A stretch of 63,103 nucleotides of DNA, filler included, from Thermoplasmatota archaeon (GTDB lineage: Archaea > Thermoplasmatota > E2 > JACPAO01 > JAHFTW01): the NCBI GenBank assembly GCA_041623215.1. It is 9 parts of 9 records of this genome, joined end to end, with 100 filler letters (N's around TTAATTAATTAA, not from the genome) between each part and the next. Parts side by side here need not be neighbours in the genome. Positions count along the whole stretch, not along the records: positions 14,451 to 21,495 come from JBFJXH010000090.1; positions 21,596 to 28,527 come from JBFJXH010000091.1; positions 28,628 to 35,488 come from JBFJXH010000092.1; 6 more parts are not named here. The stretch is one strand, 5' to 3'. Position numbers and translations under genes: made by a program. A model generated the notes under the pieces. It did not search any database and was not told the origin of the DNA. It was given only the letters and a program-made list of their open reading frames with translations. Numbering within the stretch: position 1 is the first letter of the stretch; the number at the start of each line of letters is the position of its first letter. Shown here piece by piece: positions 19,872-30,271 of the stretch.

Positions 19872-21019
19872 GCCCTGCTGAAGCGCCCCCCCGGAAGCCG
19901 CCGACGCAAGCCGTGCGGCGGGTCGTCGTGAAGCTTGGCACCAACACGCTGTGCCACAGCGACGGCCGCCTGCGAACCGACGTCTTGGCATCCCTCGCCA
20001 AGGACGTAGCCGCGGCGCGTGCAATTGGAGTGGAGGTGGTGTTGGTGAGCAGCGGGGCCATTGGCCTAGGTCGCCAAGCGCTAGGCTTGGCAGAGCCGCC
20101 ACGCGACATCAAGGTCCGGCAAGCTTGCGCGGCCATTGGCCAACACCGCCTCGTAGGCGCTTGGCAGGACGCACTCGGCCAGCACAACTTGCTCGTGGCC
20201 CAAGTGTTGGTAACACACCACACATTCCAATCACGCCGCAGCTACCTGAATCTGCGAACCTGCCTAGAAGAATTGTTGAGTCGCGGCATCGTTCCGGTGA
20301 TCAACGAGAACGACACCGTCAGCATCGAAGAGATTGACGCGAGCTTCGGGGATAACGACCACTTGGCCGCCTTGGTGGCCGGCAAGCTGGAGTCGGATTT
20401 GCTCGTGGTGTTTTCGGACGTTTCAGGCTTGTTGGACCGCGACCCGAGCCACCCTGACGCAGCCCGCGTCGCGGTCGTCGAGGAAATCACAGAAGACATC
20501 ATGGCCTTAGCCCGGGGACGCGCAGGTGCCGGGGCCCGCGGTGGGATGGCCAGCAAGTTGGCCAACGCCCGCTTGGCAACCAGTTTCGGCATTCCAGTCC
20601 ACTTGGCCGATGGCCGGCGCGAGGGCATCTTAACCAAGGTGCTCGCCGGCGACGACGTGGGAACGCGCTTCTTGGCCACTCAAGGCCCAGCTACAGGTCG
20701 CCAGCGATGGTTGGCCACGGCTCGCGCGCAAGGCACCGTGCACCTTGACGAAGGCGCCGTGGCCGCCATGGCAAAGGGGGCACATCTTCTTCCAGCGGGC
20801 ATCACGGGTGTGACCGGGACGTTCGACGTGGAATCGGTCGTGGACCTTGTCGGCCCCGACCGGCAGCCATTTGCTCGTGCGGTGAGCGTATTTTCAAGCG
20901 ACGAGTTAACCTCAATTCAGGGGCTGCCGAGTGAAGAAGCTGCGTCCAGACTTGGCCTTCATGGAGCGATGAACGTCACCCGAAAGGGCCGCGTCTTGCT
21001 CACCAAGGCAAGCGCTTAG
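19868..21019 (+). CDS. proB: Glutamate 5-kinase with PUA domain
   Basis: VVVKLGT, VSSGAI, INENDTV, FGDND, GGMASK; C-terminal PUA domain. Confidence 0.93.
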   Translation: MSPAEAPPRKPPTQAVRRVVVKLGTNTLCHSDGRLRTDVLASLAKDVAAARAIGVEVVLVSSGAIGLGRQALGLAEPPRDIKVRQACAAIGQHRLVGAWQDALGQHNLLVAQVLVTHHTFQSRRSYLNLRTCLEELLSRGIVPVINENDTVSIEEIDASFGDNDHLAALVAGKLESDLLVVFSDVSGLLDRDPSHPDAARVAVVEEITEDIMALARGRAGAGARGGMASKLANARLATSFGIPVHLADGRREGILTKVLAGDDVGTRFLATQGPATGRQRWLATARAQGTVHLDEGAVAAMAKGAHLLPAGITGVTGTFDVESVVDLVGPDRQPFARAVSVFSSDELTSIQGLPSEEAASRLGLHGAMNVTRKGRVLLTKASA

Positions 21020-21123
21020 GCAGCTGCCGCAGCAAGCACGCTGCCGGACGGGAGGGAATAAGGCGAAGCGCGACCTCCTTGCGGCGGTGCACGGGTTCTC
21101 GGCGCCAAGGGGCCGGCCACGGG

Positions 21124-21495
21124 TCAGGCCGTAACCGGCGGCTCGGTGTCACACTCGATGGCGCGAAGGCACTCTGTCAGCGCTTCCAGCGCGTGCCAAT
21201 AACGTAGGGCCCGCGTCAGGCCCCCAGTCAAGTGCAAGCGACCGGTCAGGACGGCGCGTTTCTCCGACAAGTCGCCATTTTGGCACGCTGCAAACGTGTT
21301 GTAGTCCCCACTGACGGTGAATGTTGGCTTGGGAACGTCCTGCACCGAAGCAAAATCGTGGCCCACGCGATAGTCTGATAGGACGCCATCGGCAAAGCGG
21401 GCGTAAATGAAGCGGAAACAGCCCTCGGGGGCATCTCGAATGATGCTGAGGAGGCTGACGTCCACGCGGGCCAACGCGCGCTGAACGTCGTCGTC
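21124..21495 (-). CDS. SCP2 sterol/lipid-binding domain protein (5' truncated)
   Basis: PTFTVSGDY..F.....G.L....A...GRL...G pattern typical of SCP2. Confidence 0.6.
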   Translation of the reverse strand, partial: DDDVQRALARVDVSLLSIIRDAPEGCFRFIYARFADGVLSDYRVGHDFASVQDVPKPTFTVSGDYNTFAACQNGDLSEKRAVLTGRLHLTGGLTRALRYWHALEALTECLRAIECDTEPPVTA

Positions 21496-21595
21496 NNNNN
21501 NNNNNNNNNNNNNNNNNNNNNNNNNNNNNNNNNNNNNNNTTAATTAATTAANNNNNNNNNNNNNNNNNNNNNNNNNNNNNNNNNNNNNNNNNNNN
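21496..21595. other. Artificial contig spacer
   Basis: N44-TTAATTAATTAA-N44. Confidence 0.98.
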
Positions 21596-23174
21596 CCCGC
21601 GCATCGCTTGGGGCCGGGGCACCTGCCATCTCTTGCCCAGCCACCCCAGCTCCCGTTTGCAGGCGATAGCGCAGCGACTGAAGCTCCTGGATCATTTTCT
21701 GTTCCTTTCGTTTGGCTATCCAGTGGGCGCCCTCATCGGCCGTTCCTTTGGTCATGAGAATGACCACTCGCCCATCGCCGTGCCGTCCGGTCCGGCCTCG
21801 CCGCTGGATGGACCTGATTTCGCTGGGAATGGGCTCATAGAATACGACCAGGTCTGTGGCCGGTATGTCCAGTCCCTCTTCGGCGACGCTCGTTGCAACA
21901 AGCACGTTGAGCTCCTTGCCACGAAACGCCTGCAGCGTTGCCTGTTGTTCCTTCTGGGTCATGCCGGTTCCGTCCCGCTTGGCCTGGCCGACGAACAACA
22001 CGGGTTTGACGCCAGGCAACCGTGCGAGGTGCTCCACGATGCGTTCACAAGTGGCCCTGTATTGGGCAAATACGATGACCTTACCCTCCTGTTCGTGCTC
22101 CAGGGCCTCCTGAACCAGCGTGCCAACACGGCCCAACTTTGGATTTTCCTCGTCGGCAAACTTGGCAATTTGCGTCGCCTCAATGACACGCGGGTCTTGA
22201 CAAAGCACGCGCGCCGCCTTCGAAGTGCCGTTTCGCATCTTCTCCATGTAGTCCAAGAACGCCAAGCTGCCTTGGGTTTCCGCCAGTTCGATGGCATGGT
22301 GGAGCTTGAGGGCTTGGGCTTGCACACTTCTGGCGCGGAACCACTTGGGGTCCGGGTCCCGGCTTGAGCGGACCAGCGCCTCGATGGTGCCAGTCAACGC
22401 CAGTAGGTCGCGCCGCGACGGCTTTGAGCCGACCCCTTTCAGAAGATCATTGGATTTGAGGTCGCGCACGCGCTCGTCCATCGCCGCTCTGAGACGCTGG
22501 GTGACGCGGCTCATCCCCGGCGGCAAGGGCAGCGTCTCCCAGTCCATGGCCACCGTTTGCACGTAGGGCTTCACATCTGGGTCCGTTGGTGTCCGAATTT
22601 CCACATGGTGTAAGCCAAGGTTGCGGCGCACTTCATCGATTTTGGCGATGTCGTGGCCCGGACTAGCGGTAAGGCCAAGGCGACGTCCAGTAGGCGCCTT
22701 GCGGCGCAACTCCTCGCCCAGAAACGTATACGCGTAATCCCCAGTCGCCCGGTGAGCCTCGTCGAAGATTGTCAAGTCGAGGCCAGCTAGGTTCAGGCGG
22801 CCCTGGACCACGTCGTTTTGCACAACCTGGGGCGTTGCAACGAAGATGCCTGGCTCTTTCCACGTATCCGCTCGCGTGGTCGGGGCAACGGCTCCCGTAA
22901 GGACCTTCACTGTTGCGGCGTGGGCGGGTGCAAGGAGGCGGGTGAGGGTGCGCCCATGTTGTTCCGCTAACGGCTTGGTCGGAGCCAGAAAGAGCACGCG
23001 CTGGGCGCCGCTTCGGAGGGAGTCGGCCATGATGAGCAAGGCAATGATGGTCTTGCCCAAGCCGGTTGGCAGCACGATCAATGTGTCCCTCTCACCCGCT
23101 ATGCGCGCCAGATTGACCTGGTAGCCGCGAAAGGCCACAGCGTCTGGCTGGAGCGCGTCGTGCTGTACCTGCAC
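21596..23174 (-). CDS. hef: Hef/FANCM-like (ERCC4-type) DEAH helicase (3' truncated)
   Basis: RGYQ, LPTGLGKT, FDEAHRATGDYAY, LTASPG, ATSVAEEGLDIP, IQRRGRTGR. Start set at GTG 23174. Confidence 0.85.
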
Positions 23175-23576
23175 AAGGGGCCACTTGAGCCGATGGTAAA
23201 GCCTGTCCCCCGGAGGTGGGTGAAGCCACCGAGGACCCCCTGGTTTCCGCTCCAGACCACGCCTCCTGATGGCCGCCTGTGCCGGCTTCTCGTTGCTGCT
23301 TATGTAGCGAGCCCCAATGGGCGAATTAGGGACGCGCTCGGAGGGTTCACGACCCACCGAGGGTGGCCTCGGTCAACGTGGTAATGGTCGACACGCACGC
23401 CGTTCTGCCTGAGCGGGAGCGCGGCTGCCAGCTTAACGACGAGAAGGCCGAGGACACCCAACAGCACCCGTCGCTAGGCGCCGGAAGCCTACGAGGACGG
23501 ACGCCGGGGCGCGAGTGCTTTCGGGCACCTCTCCAGCGCGGCGTCTAATGCGGACGCCATCATTCAAGGGTGAATC

Positions 23577-25682
23577 ATGCAACAATTATCGGTCCAAGAC
23601 GCCACTTTGCTGCCTCGGTGGGACAGCTTCTTCGAGGACTACTACAAGCAGGCAATCATCCAGGCGGCGCTGGATTACCCCGAGACGCGCAGCGTCACGG
23701 TTCACTTTCACGACATCGATCTCCGGGACCCGGAATTGGCTGACCTGCTCCTGCAAAGGCCGGGGCACATTCTGCGCATCGGCGAACAGTCGCTGAACCA
23801 AGTCGACGTCCCAGCCATTGAGCCACGTCCACATCTGAGTCTTCGCATCGACGGCTTACCTGACTCTCAGCGCATCCAAGTGCGCGACCTTCGCAGCGAA
23901 CATTTGGGCCGCCTGTTGGCCGTTGAAGGCCTGGTCAAGAAGGTCACCGAAGTTCGCCCGATGATGTTAGAGTCCACGTTCGAATGCAAATTCTGCGGCA
24001 ACCTCGTGGGTGTCCTCCAGGAGGAGGAATTCATCCAAGAGCCAATCCAATGTGATGCATGCGAAAAGACCGGGCCATGGAAGCTCCGCGAAGACATGAG
24101 TCGTTACATTGACCACCAGAAGGTCGAGATTCAAGAGTCGCCCGAAGGGCTTCGAGGCGGAGCTCAACCAGAGCGCCTGACGCTCTTCATGAAAGATGAC
24201 ATGGTACACCGCGTGGCGCCGGGTGACCGCGTCTGCTTCAATGGCGTGTTAACGACGCAGGCGCGGCGCCAAGGGCAACTGCGTCGCACGGAGTTCAACA
24301 AGATTCTCGAAGGAATTAGCGTGGAACTGCAGCAACAGGAGTTTCAAGAAATCGAACTCACTCCTGAAGACGAGGAGGAAATCCTCGCCTTATCGAAGGA
24401 CCCAACCATTTACACGCGCCTACGTGCCAGCTTCGCGCCCACGATTTTCGGTATGGAGATGGAGAAGGATGCGCTCATCCTAGCACTATTCGGGGGCGTC
24501 GAGAAAACGTACAAAGACGGCAGCCGCAGCCGTGGTGATATCCATGTTCTGCTTGTCGGTGACCCCGGGGTGGCCAAGTCGCAGCTGCTTCGTTATCTTT
24601 CCAAGCTGGCACCTAGGGCAATCTTCACGAGCGGCAAGGCAGCTACCGCAGCGGGTCTAACGGCTGCGGCGGTGAAGGACGAGTTCGGGGAAGGCCAATG
24701 GACGCTGGAGGCCGGTGCCTTAGTGCTGGCGGACAAGGGCATCGCATGTATTGACGAATTGGACAAGATGACCACACAGGACCAGTCAAGCATGCACCAG
24801 GCGATGGAGCAACAGGAGATTAGTATCGCCAAGGCAGGCGTTTCGGCGACGCTGAAATCTCGCTGTGCCGTCATAGGGGCCGCTAACCCCAAGATGGGTC
24901 GCTTTGATGAATACGAAAACATCCACCAACAAATCAACATGCCCCCGGCGCTGCTGAGTCGTTTTGACCTCATCTTCAGTTTGTTGGACAAACCGAGCCG
25001 GGACTACGATGGGCGGCTAGCCGAGCACATCCTCAAGACGCACCAGGCAGGGGAGGTCCGAGAGCACAGACAAGCACACCCGGCCGGGCCGTTTACGGAA
25101 GAGGACGAGGACTACCTGATGCAACGCGTGGAACCCGACTTGGAGGCAAATCGCTTCCGGAAATACGTCGCTTACGCCAAGCGCAATATCTTCCCCGTTT
25201 TGACGGAAGAAGCGCGCGATGCCATCCGCGATTACTACGTGGACCTCCGCAATGCCGGAGAGGACGGCATACCGTTCACCGCGCGCCAACTGGAGGCTTT
25301 CGTCCGACTAGCCGAGGCGAGCGCCCGAGTACGCCTCAGCCAGGAAGCTGGAATCGAAGACGCTCAGAAGGCCATTCATATCGTCGAGCACTATCTCCGG
25401 AGCGTCGGCGTGGACCGCGAGACGGGCAAACTTGACATTGACGTCATTGCAACAGGCGTCAGTCACTCCCAGCACGACCGTGTTCGAGCCATCCAGGACA
25501 TTGTTCGCGTGCTTGCAGGTGCCAGCGACAAGGGCTTTGCCACCAAGGAGGACGTGATGGATATGGCCAAGGAGAAGGGCATCGGCGCCGAGGCAGTGGA
25601 CAAAGCCTTGGCCACGCTGATGCGGAACAATTCCGTGTACGCAAAGGGTGGCCATGGGACGTACGCGCCCCTCAATCCCTAG
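23577..25682 (+). CDS. mcm: MCM replicative helicase
   Basis: C4 zinc finger, GDPGVAKSQLL, IDELDKM, SRFD arginine finger, TARQLE, C-terminal wHTH. Confidence 0.96.
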   Translation: MQQLSVQDATLLPRWDSFFEDYYKQAIIQAALDYPETRSVTVHFHDIDLRDPELADLLLQRPGHILRIGEQSLNQVDVPAIEPRPHLSLRIDGLPDSQRIQVRDLRSEHLGRLLAVEGLVKKVTEVRPMMLESTFECKFCGNLVGVLQEEEFIQEPIQCDACEKTGPWKLREDMSRYIDHQKVEIQESPEGLRGGAQPERLTLFMKDDMVHRVAPGDRVCFNGVLTTQARRQGQLRRTEFNKILEGISVELQQQEFQEIELTPEDEEEILALSKDPTIYTRLRASFAPTIFGMEMEKDALILALFGGVEKTYKDGSRSRGDIHVLLVGDPGVAKSQLLRYLSKLAPRAIFTSGKAATAAGLTAAAVKDEFGEGQWTLEAGALVLADKGIACIDELDKMTTQDQSSMHQAMEQQEISIAKAGVSATLKSRCAVIGAANPKMGRFDEYENIHQQINMPPALLSRFDLIFSLLDKPSRDYDGRLAEHILKTHQAGEVREHRQAHPAGPFTEEDEDYLMQRVEPDLEANRFRKYVAYAKRNIFPVLTEEARDAIRDYYVDLRNAGEDGIPFTARQLEAFVRLAEASARVRLSQEAGIEDAQKAIHIVEHYLRSVGVDRETGKLDIDVIATGVSHSQHDRVRAIQDIVRVLAGASDKGFATKEDVMDMAKEKGIGAEAVDKALATLMRNNSVYAKGGHGTYAPLNP

Positions 25683-25751
25683 GCGAACCAGCCCCCACCG
25701 GAGCTCCGTTGCCAAGGCAATACCCTTGAATCCTAGGGGTGTCCGCGCCGC

Positions 25752-26054
25752 ATGGCGTATGCCGTCAAAGAACACCGCACCGGGGCTCAATTCCTCTTGG
25801 CTGCCTGCGACGAAGAGTTAGTGGGCACGCGGCACGAAGGGGGCGGGTTGCAGGTGGAGGTCCACGAAGGCTTCTATGACGGTGAACGCGTGGATGAAGC
25901 TCACCTTGCTCGGCTGCTAGGCGCCTGCACCGTTGCCAACCTAGTGGGCCAGCGCTGCATTGCCGTGGCGGTCGAATTGGGCCTCGTAGACGCACGCCAT
26001 GTGCTCGACATCGGAGACGTCCAGCACGCCCAAGTGCTGGTGTTGGGCGCCTGA
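25752..26054 (+). CDS. DUF424 family archaeal protein
   Basis: LAACDEELVG, GFYDG, VANLVG, HAQ motifs; upstream of NMD3. Confidence 0.8.
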   Translation: MAYAVKEHRTGAQFLLAACDEELVGTRHEGGGLQVEVHEGFYDGERVDEAHLARLLGACTVANLVGQRCIAVAVELGLVDARHVLDIGDVQHAQVLVLGA

Positions 26055-27133
26055 TGTTATGCGTTGATTGCGGCAAGGACGTCGAGGGCCTCATCGGAGG
26101 TTCATGCGCCCGTTGCTTTGGAGACAAGCACGCCCTACTCCAGGTACCGGATACATTGGACCTTGAGTTGTGCGTTCATTGCCAAGCGAGACACGTCGGA
26201 GCGCATTGGCATATGACGGAAGACGACGTGCCCATCGCGTGGTTGCAGGAAGAAGCCGTCCGGGAGGCGGTAGCCGTGCACGAAGCTGTCGAGGGCGCAT
26301 GGGTTGAAGTGGAAGGGCATCCCCAAGATGAGCGTCACGTTCGCTTCACGGTAGCGATGCGGGGCGCCATCGACGATGTGGAGGTGGAGGAGACGGGGTC
26401 CCTTCTGCTGCGCCAAAAACGAGGCGTTTGCGACCGGTGTAGTCGCATCGCGGGTGGCTACTACGCGGCCATTATCCAAGTGCGGGCAACAGACCGGCCC
26501 GTTACCTCTATTGAGCTGGACAAAAGCCACAAGATTCTGGCGTCGGAACTAGATCGTCAGCGCGTGGGCGGCAATCGCTTTTCGTTCTTGGCAAAGTCAG
26601 GGCCCGAGCACGGCGGCTACGATTACTACATCGGGGACATTGACGCCGCCCGCGGGGCGTGCCGAATCCTCTCGAAGCGCTTGGGCGCTAGCGTAACCGA
26701 ATCTCCCAAACTGGTTGGCCGCAAGGAAGGAGTGGACGTGTACCGCATTACGTTCCTAGTACGTATCGCCTGGCTGGCACCGGGCGACTACGTTGAGCAC
26801 GAGGGAGATCCTTTCATGGTGCTTAGCGTTGATCGGGGCAGAGTGTCGTGCATTAACGTCGCGACACATGGTAGGGGAAAGATTGTTGACAAGGGGTTGA
26901 AGCGCCTGGGTGGGGAAGAGATTCTCGAAGAGGCCGTCGTGGTTAGCCATGTGGGCGGGCCCGGCGCCGATGCCCAAGTGCTCGATCCGCGCTCCGGTCT
27001 TACGCGTGACGTTCGTGTGCCACCTGCCGTCGGCGGCCTCGTCGAAACCGTGCGCTTGCTACGGACTTCAGACGACGACCTTTTCGTGGCTCCTGTGCTA
27101 GGTGGCCCTGAGCCCCCCGCCAGGAACCGCTAA
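26054..27133 (+). CDS. nmd3: NMD3 family ribosome-associated protein
   Basis: Four CxxC pairs, GGYYAAIIQVR, KLVG...G...YR.T..VR; TGATG coupling to DUF424. Confidence 0.85.
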   Translation: MLCVDCGKDVEGLIGGSCARCFGDKHALLQVPDTLDLELCVHCQARHVGAHWHMTEDDVPIAWLQEEAVREAVAVHEAVEGAWVEVEGHPQDERHVRFTVAMRGAIDDVEVEETGSLLLRQKRGVCDRCSRIAGGYYAAIIQVRATDRPVTSIELDKSHKILASELDRQRVGGNRFSFLAKSGPEHGGYDYYIGDIDAARGACRILSKRLGASVTESPKLVGRKEGVDVYRITFLVRIAWLAPGDYVEHEGDPFMVLSVDRGRVSCINVATHGRGKIVDKGLKRLGGEEILEEAVVVSHVGGPGADAQVLDPRSGLTRDVRVPPAVGGLVETVRLLRTSDDDLFVAPVLGGPEPPARNR

Positions 27134-27217
27134 GGCGCGGCACGAACGGTCAAGAATCGTTATATAGGGTCGGGACCAAAGGTCCCAAAAGGCCTAGGCG
27201 GGGCCAGAGGACTCAAC

Positions 27218-27616
27218 ATGAAATTCGACGCAAACCGTATTCTTACGCTGGAGGACCTGTCCATGGCAGTGTCCAACCGCATTGGCATCCCTGAGGAGGA
27301 TGCCGTGCGAGACGCCAATTTCGTCATGGACATCTTCGGCTTCGAAGACCGTGTCATTGACAACGTTCTAGAGCCGGAGGACCGCCAGCTCTTCTACATC
27401 TTGGAAGAGGAAGGCATGTTGACGACAGAGCGGGAGGAGACCACGCTCTACGATGGCCGCGAGTGGCGCACCCACTATTGGCTCTTCAAGAAGCAACAAG
27501 TGCTGGCCATGAGTGCCGAAGAGCGCGAGATCCGCCGCCGCCGCAAGGCGCGCCCCAGCGAGTCCGACGTCTACATGCAAATGACGGACGACATGTGGGG
27601 CTCCCGCCAAATCTAG
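27218..27616 (+). CDS. Conserved hypothetical protein (DUF6015-like, Thermoplasmata)
   Basis: FGFEDRVIDNVLEPEDRQLFYILEEEGML...GREWRTHYW resembles this family from memory; TTATATA at 27160-27166. Confidence 0.6.
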   Translation: MKFDANRILTLEDLSMAVSNRIGIPEEDAVRDANFVMDIFGFEDRVIDNVLEPEDRQLFYILEEEGMLTTEREETTLYDGREWRTHYWLFKKQQVLAMSAEEREIRRRRKARPSESDVYMQMTDDMWGSRQI

Positions 27617-27755
27617 GCCCCGCCATCCTTCTCCCTTCCGTCCTAGCGTCGCTATCGACCGCGTTTTCTGGCCCGCCGGTGCCTGAGCCGGCGTGCCAGT
27701 CTAATTCCACTTAGGTACCCCCAACCCCCAAGAGGGGGGAAAGTTTCCAGCACCC

Positions 27756-28527
27756 GTGCCCTTCCCCTACGCGCCACGGCCGGGCCAGGAGGCCATCATG
27801 GCTGCCATGGTATCCGCGATGGCGGACGGGCAACACTTGGCACTAGAAGCCGGCACAGGGCTCGGTAAGACCATTTGCGCGCTCACCGCCGCGAAACAGC
27901 AGTCGGGCGGCCGCGTCATCTATGCGACGCGCACCAACAGTCAACAAATCCAGGTCCTCCGGGAGCAGCGTATCCTAGCCGCCGGCGCCGATGAAGCGGG
28001 GCTGCTGCCACTCATGGGCCGGAGCCACTATTGTCCCCTTCTCAAGGACGACGAGAAATTTGCCGGCGCAACCAGCGACGAACTGGGACGCTTATGCCGC
28101 AAGGCGAAGCGGGCGGCCACGATTGAGCATGAAACCGGCAAGGGGCAGACGGGCGCCTGCCCCTATTACGCAGGGCTTCTTCGGGATGGTCCCGAGCCAG
28201 TCCAGGCGCTGCTTGCCGGAGGGGCGGGCGGCGACGAATTGGCCCGCCGTGTCACTGAGGCAGGCAGCTGTCCGTACGAAGCGATCAAGCTGCTCTTACC
28301 GAGCGCGCCGGGCGTCGTGCTCCCGCTCATTTTTCTCCTCGATGATGGCCTACGCGGGGCGCTTGCTCAGTGGATGGGAAGTGCCTTGGACGAGTGTCAC
28401 GTGATCGTCGACGAAGCACACCATTTGCCCGATGCCGCTCGCAGCCATCACAGTCCGGCCTTGGGGACCGCGACGCTGCTACGGGCCACCAAAGAGGCCA
28501 GAGAGCTTGGCGACCCTGCTGTGGCGC
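27756..28527 (+). CDS. XPD/Rad3/DinG family Fe-S DNA helicase (3' truncated)
   Basis: RPGQ Q-motif, EAGTGLGKT, four Fe-S Cys, VDEAH. Confidence 0.85.
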
Positions 28528-28627
28528 NNNNNNNNNNNNNNNNNNNNNNNNNNNNNNNNNNNNNNNNNNNNTTAATTAATTAANNNNNNNNNNNNNNNNN
28601 NNNNNNNNNNNNNNNNNNNNNNNNNNN
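28528..28627. other. Artificial contig spacer
   Basis: N44-TTAATTAATTAA-N44. Confidence 0.98.
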
Positions 28628-28914
28628 AACTCGGCGTTGCCGTAGCCCAGAAGGGCCGTCGCCTGTTCCGAAACGTCCTCCACGGTCATGCCCAAGGAGA
28701 CGTGGAAAACCATCCAGGGGCAAACCACGATGTCGGGGTGGCCATGTGCCTTGGCGTACTCGACGTTGAACCACAGCGGATTGTAGTTCATGGTGGCCGT
28801 GGCGAAAGCCGCCGCTTCGGCCTGGGTGATGGTGCGACCGTACTTGTGCGCAATGGTTTCCCCGGCGCTAAACTGGTCCCAGTAGCGTCCCTTGGGGATG
28901 AGGTGGCGGGTCAC
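28628..28914 (-). CDS. MaoC family dehydratase (3' truncated)
   Basis: GRYWDQFSAGETIAH..GRTIT.A....F...TMN.NPL.FN..YA pattern. Confidence 0.75.
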
Positions 28915-29026
28915 GCGTCGGCAAGCCCCTACCGCTACTTCACCGGTAGCCTTGCGCTGCGGCGCACGGGGCGCGATGCACCGTAGGTGGGTGGCTTCGG
29001 CATGGGTAGTGGCGCATGCGGGCAAT

Positions 29027-30205
29027 CTAGCTGGTCCAAGCGTCACAGCGGGGCGTGCCGGTCGCGGGTGGGGCAAACGGCAACTCCACTACCAAGACGC
29101 GGGTGTCTTGGCCGTCTAGCGGCGCCGCCGAGTCTGCCGTCATGTGCCAAGTGCCGGGCGGTGCAGGTGAGCTCCAACTTTGGTCCTCTTCGGCTAGTGT
29201 CATGGTTTCGCCGTCAGGGGTTTGAACTCTGATGGATGTGTTGCCGCTGCTGGTGGCGTCAACATGGACATAGGCATTGTCGCCAACTTCCATTTGAGTT
29301 TGCACGCCGTGGGCCACGACCAGAGATGCGGCGCCGGCGCCGAGGCCATTTGCTTCAAACTCTGTAACGTCGCGAAACGTCGCGCTTCCGCCAGCCATAG
29401 CATCCAGCGAGGCTCCATCTGCGGGGCCGTCCCAAGCTAGCCAGGCGTCGAGCCCGGTTCCCTCGCGGTCGGCGTAGACTTGGTGAAACGTCAAGGCGCT
29501 GTATTGGTCGGCGGTGGAGTAGAATGTGGTCCCTGGGGGGGCGCCCCCCTCGGGGCCTCGGCCGTCGACGTGGACATTCACGCCTTCGTAGCGAGCCCAG
29601 GCGGCGTCGTTGCGTCCCTCCCTGCGGTGCACGCCTTCGCCGATGCAGGTGCCCCCCTCGTCATCGATTCGCACATGCACGTACCTGGCGCCGCCGACGC
29701 CGGACCCGTCCGGGCCGCGGGTCAACTGGTCATACAGAGCGGTTACGCCGGGTTTGACCGTGCCGGATAGCCCGATGAATTGATCAGGTGCCAAACTGAC
29801 GTGCAAGGCGTGGTCCGGCACGTGCGTGGAAATAGTCAGCGAGTAAGCGTAGGGTGGGTCTGCTCCTTGGCCATAGCCTACGGATTCGAGTTGCACGTTC
29901 CAGGCTCCTGCTTGGTTGGCAAAAACCTGGTAGGGAGTTGAGCCAAGCCAGCCGTCGCTGTCGCCTACTTGTCGCAGTCGACCTTCGGGGTCGGACACCA
30001 ACATCATGGTCCAATCGTCTGCAATCAAATCAAATGTAACGACGCTACCGGCAGGCGGATTGAATGGGATGTCCACTCGTTCATACCAATCGAGCGTCCC
30101 GTGGTAAGTGGTGCTGTCTCCGTGGTCGGCTTGAACTTCCAGGGGTGCGGCCAGGCTAAACGCGACAACGAGCAAAGCAACCACTCCATACGTGGAACCA
30201 CCCAT
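29027..30205 (-). CDS. Secreted hypothetical protein (PPC-like beta-sandwich domains)
   Basis: Signal peptide; DPEG...AGAWNVQLE and TPDG...PGTW segments. Confidence 0.55.
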   Translation of the reverse strand: MGGSTYGVVALLVVAFSLAAPLEVQADHGDSTTYHGTLDWYERVDIPFNPPAGSVVTFDLIADDWTMMLVSDPEGRLRQVGDSDGWLGSTPYQVFANQAGAWNVQLESVGYGQGADPPYAYSLTISTHVPDHALHVSLAPDQFIGLSGTVKPGVTALYDQLTRGPDGSGVGGARYVHVRIDDEGGTCIGEGVHRREGRNDAAWARYEGVNVHVDGRGPEGGAPPGTTFYSTADQYSALTFHQVYADREGTGLDAWLAWDGPADGASLDAMAGGSATFRDVTEFEANGLGAGAASLVVAHGVQTQMEVGDNAYVHVDATSSGNTSIRVQTPDGETMTLAEEDQSWSSPAPPGTWHMTADSAAPLDGQDTRVLVVELPFAPPATGTPRCDAWTS

Positions 30206-30271
30206 AGTTCAGTAACCCAAAGGAGGTGGTTCAACTTTACGGTAGGGTCGCCTGGTGGCCTCTGTTGGTAG

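Noticed and set aside
23175..23576. Replication origin next to mcm
   Set aside because: No AT-rich unwinding element, no recognisable ORB repeats, no orc1/cdc6 on the contig.
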